This document shows positions 62,477-64,000 of a DNA stretch of 64,000 bases, one piece after another (positions within the stretch are counted from its first letter, which is position 1; each line of letters opens with the position of its first letter). Origin of the DNA: a virus; the IMG/VR virus record IMGVR_UViG_3300046798_000124, positions 1-64,000 of that record; one strand, 5' to 3'. A program made the position numbers and the translations under genes. The notes beneath the pieces were generated by a model. It worked only from the letters and a program-made list of their open reading frames with translations, was not told where the DNA came from and did no database searches.

Positions 62477-63223
62477 TCACCTCTTCAACTGGATCGCGTA
62501 GATGACGCCGTTCAGCATCTGGGCGGTCATGGACGCGTTCGACGTCCGCCAGCGCCAGTTCAGGGTGTGGGCAACGGCCGACGGGATCGAGAACCGTCCG
62601 CCGGCCACCAGCATCTGCTGGGCGTTGTTCGTCGCGACGATGATCGGCATATCGAAAAATTCCGAGCCACCGTCGAGGTTGAAGGCGAAGTAGATCGCGT
62701 TACCGGCGTTGAGCGAGGTGTAGACACTGCCGATCGCCCAGACCAGGATCTCGTCGTTGATCGCGGATACTGGTATCGACAGGGATCCACCCGTGACGTT
62801 CACATACGCAGGGTTCGCCGTTGACTGCCCAAGCACGGTGGCGCCGTAGCCCTGTGTGACGGCGTGGGCCTGGATGTTCAGGGCCGTCACGGAATTGTTG
62901 GCCATATTTGCGTTGTCGATCGTTTGACCGGCAATGTTGCCGCCCGCTCCGCCGATGATGGTGCCGACCGCGATGTCGCTGGTCGCACCGGGGCCGCCGA
63001 CGATCTGCCCCCAGGCCGACTGGCCGCTGGCGGTCCGTCGCAGCACTCCCGGGGTCGCCCCCGGGGCTGTTCCCCCCAGTCCCAGCTTGGTCGCCAGGTT
63101 CTCGATGTTCGTCAGCATCCGGTTGGTCCCCGCGACATGACCGAGGCCCCCGTGCATCGAGAACAGGGTCTCGGCGACGGTCGCGTCGGGGACGTCGGGG
63201 ATACCGGTGGGAAAATCAACCAT
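62477..63223 (-). CDS. minor tail / fibre protein
   Basis: Fibre-shaft repeats (TIDNANMANNSVTALNI) and beta-rich C-terminal domain. Confidence 0.65.
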   Translation of the reverse strand: MVDFPTGIPDVPDATVAETLFSMHGGLGHVAGTNRMLTNIENLATKLGLGGTAPGATPGVLRRTASGQSAWGQIVGGPGATSDIAVGTIIGGAGGNIAGQTIDNANMANNSVTALNIQAHAVTQGYGATVLGQSTANPAYVNVTGGSLSIPVSAINDEILVWAIGSVYTSLNAGNAIYFAFNLDGGSEFFDMPIIVATNNAQQMLVAGGRFSIPSAVAHTLNWRWRTSNASMTAQMLNGVIYAIQLKR

Positions 63224-63234
63224 CGTCCCTCCTC

Positions 63235-64000
63235 CTATTCACCGAAGACGCCGGTGCCGCTGGGCGGTGGGCCGGCGCTGCCGAAGACGGCGGAATCGAA
63301 GCGTCCGCCGACCCGGTCAAAGACCCGTTCGACGCCCAGCGTCACGGTATGGAGACCGCCACCCGGGGCGATCTCGTGGGAGATCTGTTCGACCCAGTAC
63401 GGCTCGTTGATGGCGCCGTGCTGCTGGTACCAGCGGATCCGATCCGACACCCGGATGTGCATGATCGCGTTCATGTGCGCGGCGTCGACATTGACGATCC
63501 GCAGGGTCGCCTGCCGCCGTTCGGCCTGGTAGCGCAGGGCCATGCTGTTGACGATGTCCAGGGCCTGGCCGCGTTCGATCTCGGGCCAGGCGTCCATCGC
63601 GTGCTCTCGCGGCTGGTAACGGGCAGCGGCAACCGACGTATCGACCGTCGACCGGATCACCGATTCCGACCGCACGGGCAGGCTGACAGCGCGCAGCTGC
63701 GGGCCGTCGCTCCCACCAGCCCCGCCGAAGATCACCGCCCCGCCCGGTCCGGCGTTCCACTGGATCCGTACCAGGGTGCCCGACATCGACAGGAGCACCG
63801 GCGGCGCGACCAGCGTCCCGCTAAAGACGGTGTAATCCCCGCCCAGATCCAGCATATGCGCCTGCTTGTACGGCTCTTTCGTCACCCCTTCGATGACCGA
63901 GATGCCGGCTGGCAGGGCCAGCAACCCGCCATACTCCCAGACCCGTGCGACCTCCGGCGGATCGCCCGGCGGGTCCTGATCCGGGAACGGCGCACGATGG
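63235..64000 (-). CDS. minor tail (hub/Tal-like) protein, 5' end outside window
   Basis: IRVSDRI...YWVEQISHEI...FDSAVFG C-terminus; frame appears open to window end. Confidence 0.65.
   Translation of the reverse strand, partial: HRAPFPDQDPPGDPPEVARVWEYGGLLALPAGISVIEGVTKEPYKQAHMLDLGGDYTVFSGTLVAPPVLLSMSGTLVRIQWNAGPGGAVIFGGAGGSDGPQLRAVSLPVRSESVIRSTVDTSVAAARYQPREHAMDAWPEIERGQALDIVNSMALRYQAERRQATLRIVNVDAAHMNAIMHIRVSDRIRWYQQHGAINEPYWVEQISHEIAPGGGLHTVTLGVERVFDRVGGRFDSAVFGSAGPPPSGTGVFGE

Noticed and set aside
1-64000. tRNA/rRNA genes, integrase, reverse transcriptase/DGR
   Set aside because: None recognised by eye; tRNAscan and HMM searches are needed to exclude them formally.

Overview
This 64 kb window is most of a GC-rich (roughly 65-70%, judged by eye) tailed-phage genome, probably siphovirus-like, temperate or plasmid-like, and circularly permuted. 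Minus strand ~25.7 kb to 1: small genes, a ParB-like protein, a dual-frame C5 DNA methyltransferase, terminase, portal, S49 protease with nested scaffold, decoration protein, capsid, HNH, neck genes, two tandem tail tube paralogues, tail chaperones and fibre/tailspike genes. Plus strand ~26.5-57.3 kb: a compositionally distinct leader unit, many small early genes, CI/Cro-like regulators, a TcmP + DUF5131 module, Rad52-like recombinase, replication initiator with DnaC-like loader, N4/N6 methyltransferase, RusA-like protein and dCTP deaminase. Minus strand 64.0-57.2 kb: minor tail and fibre genes, holin-like genes, a GH19+C39 endolysin and a Par-like HTH coiled-coil protein. No tape measure, integrase, tRNA or CRISPR array was seen; the tape measure probably lies outside the window. 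Top observations: (1) a complete -1 frameshift signal fusing TcmP to a hidden, start-less HNH domain that is coupled to DUF5131; (2) an array of about 8 short unrelated genes joined by a conserved 44-51 nt GAGTGACCGACCT-type linker, like gene cassettes; (3) six dispersed intergenic elements with a TGAC-N6-GTCA box and a GCCAGGG/GATTTT core; (4) 1.6 kb of fully dual-coding methyltransferase; (5) a hairpin that locks the HNH ribosome-binding site; (6) a gene-less IS200/IS605 element that keeps a TnpB omega-RNA-like end. All family assignments come from motif recognition by eye; no searches were run.
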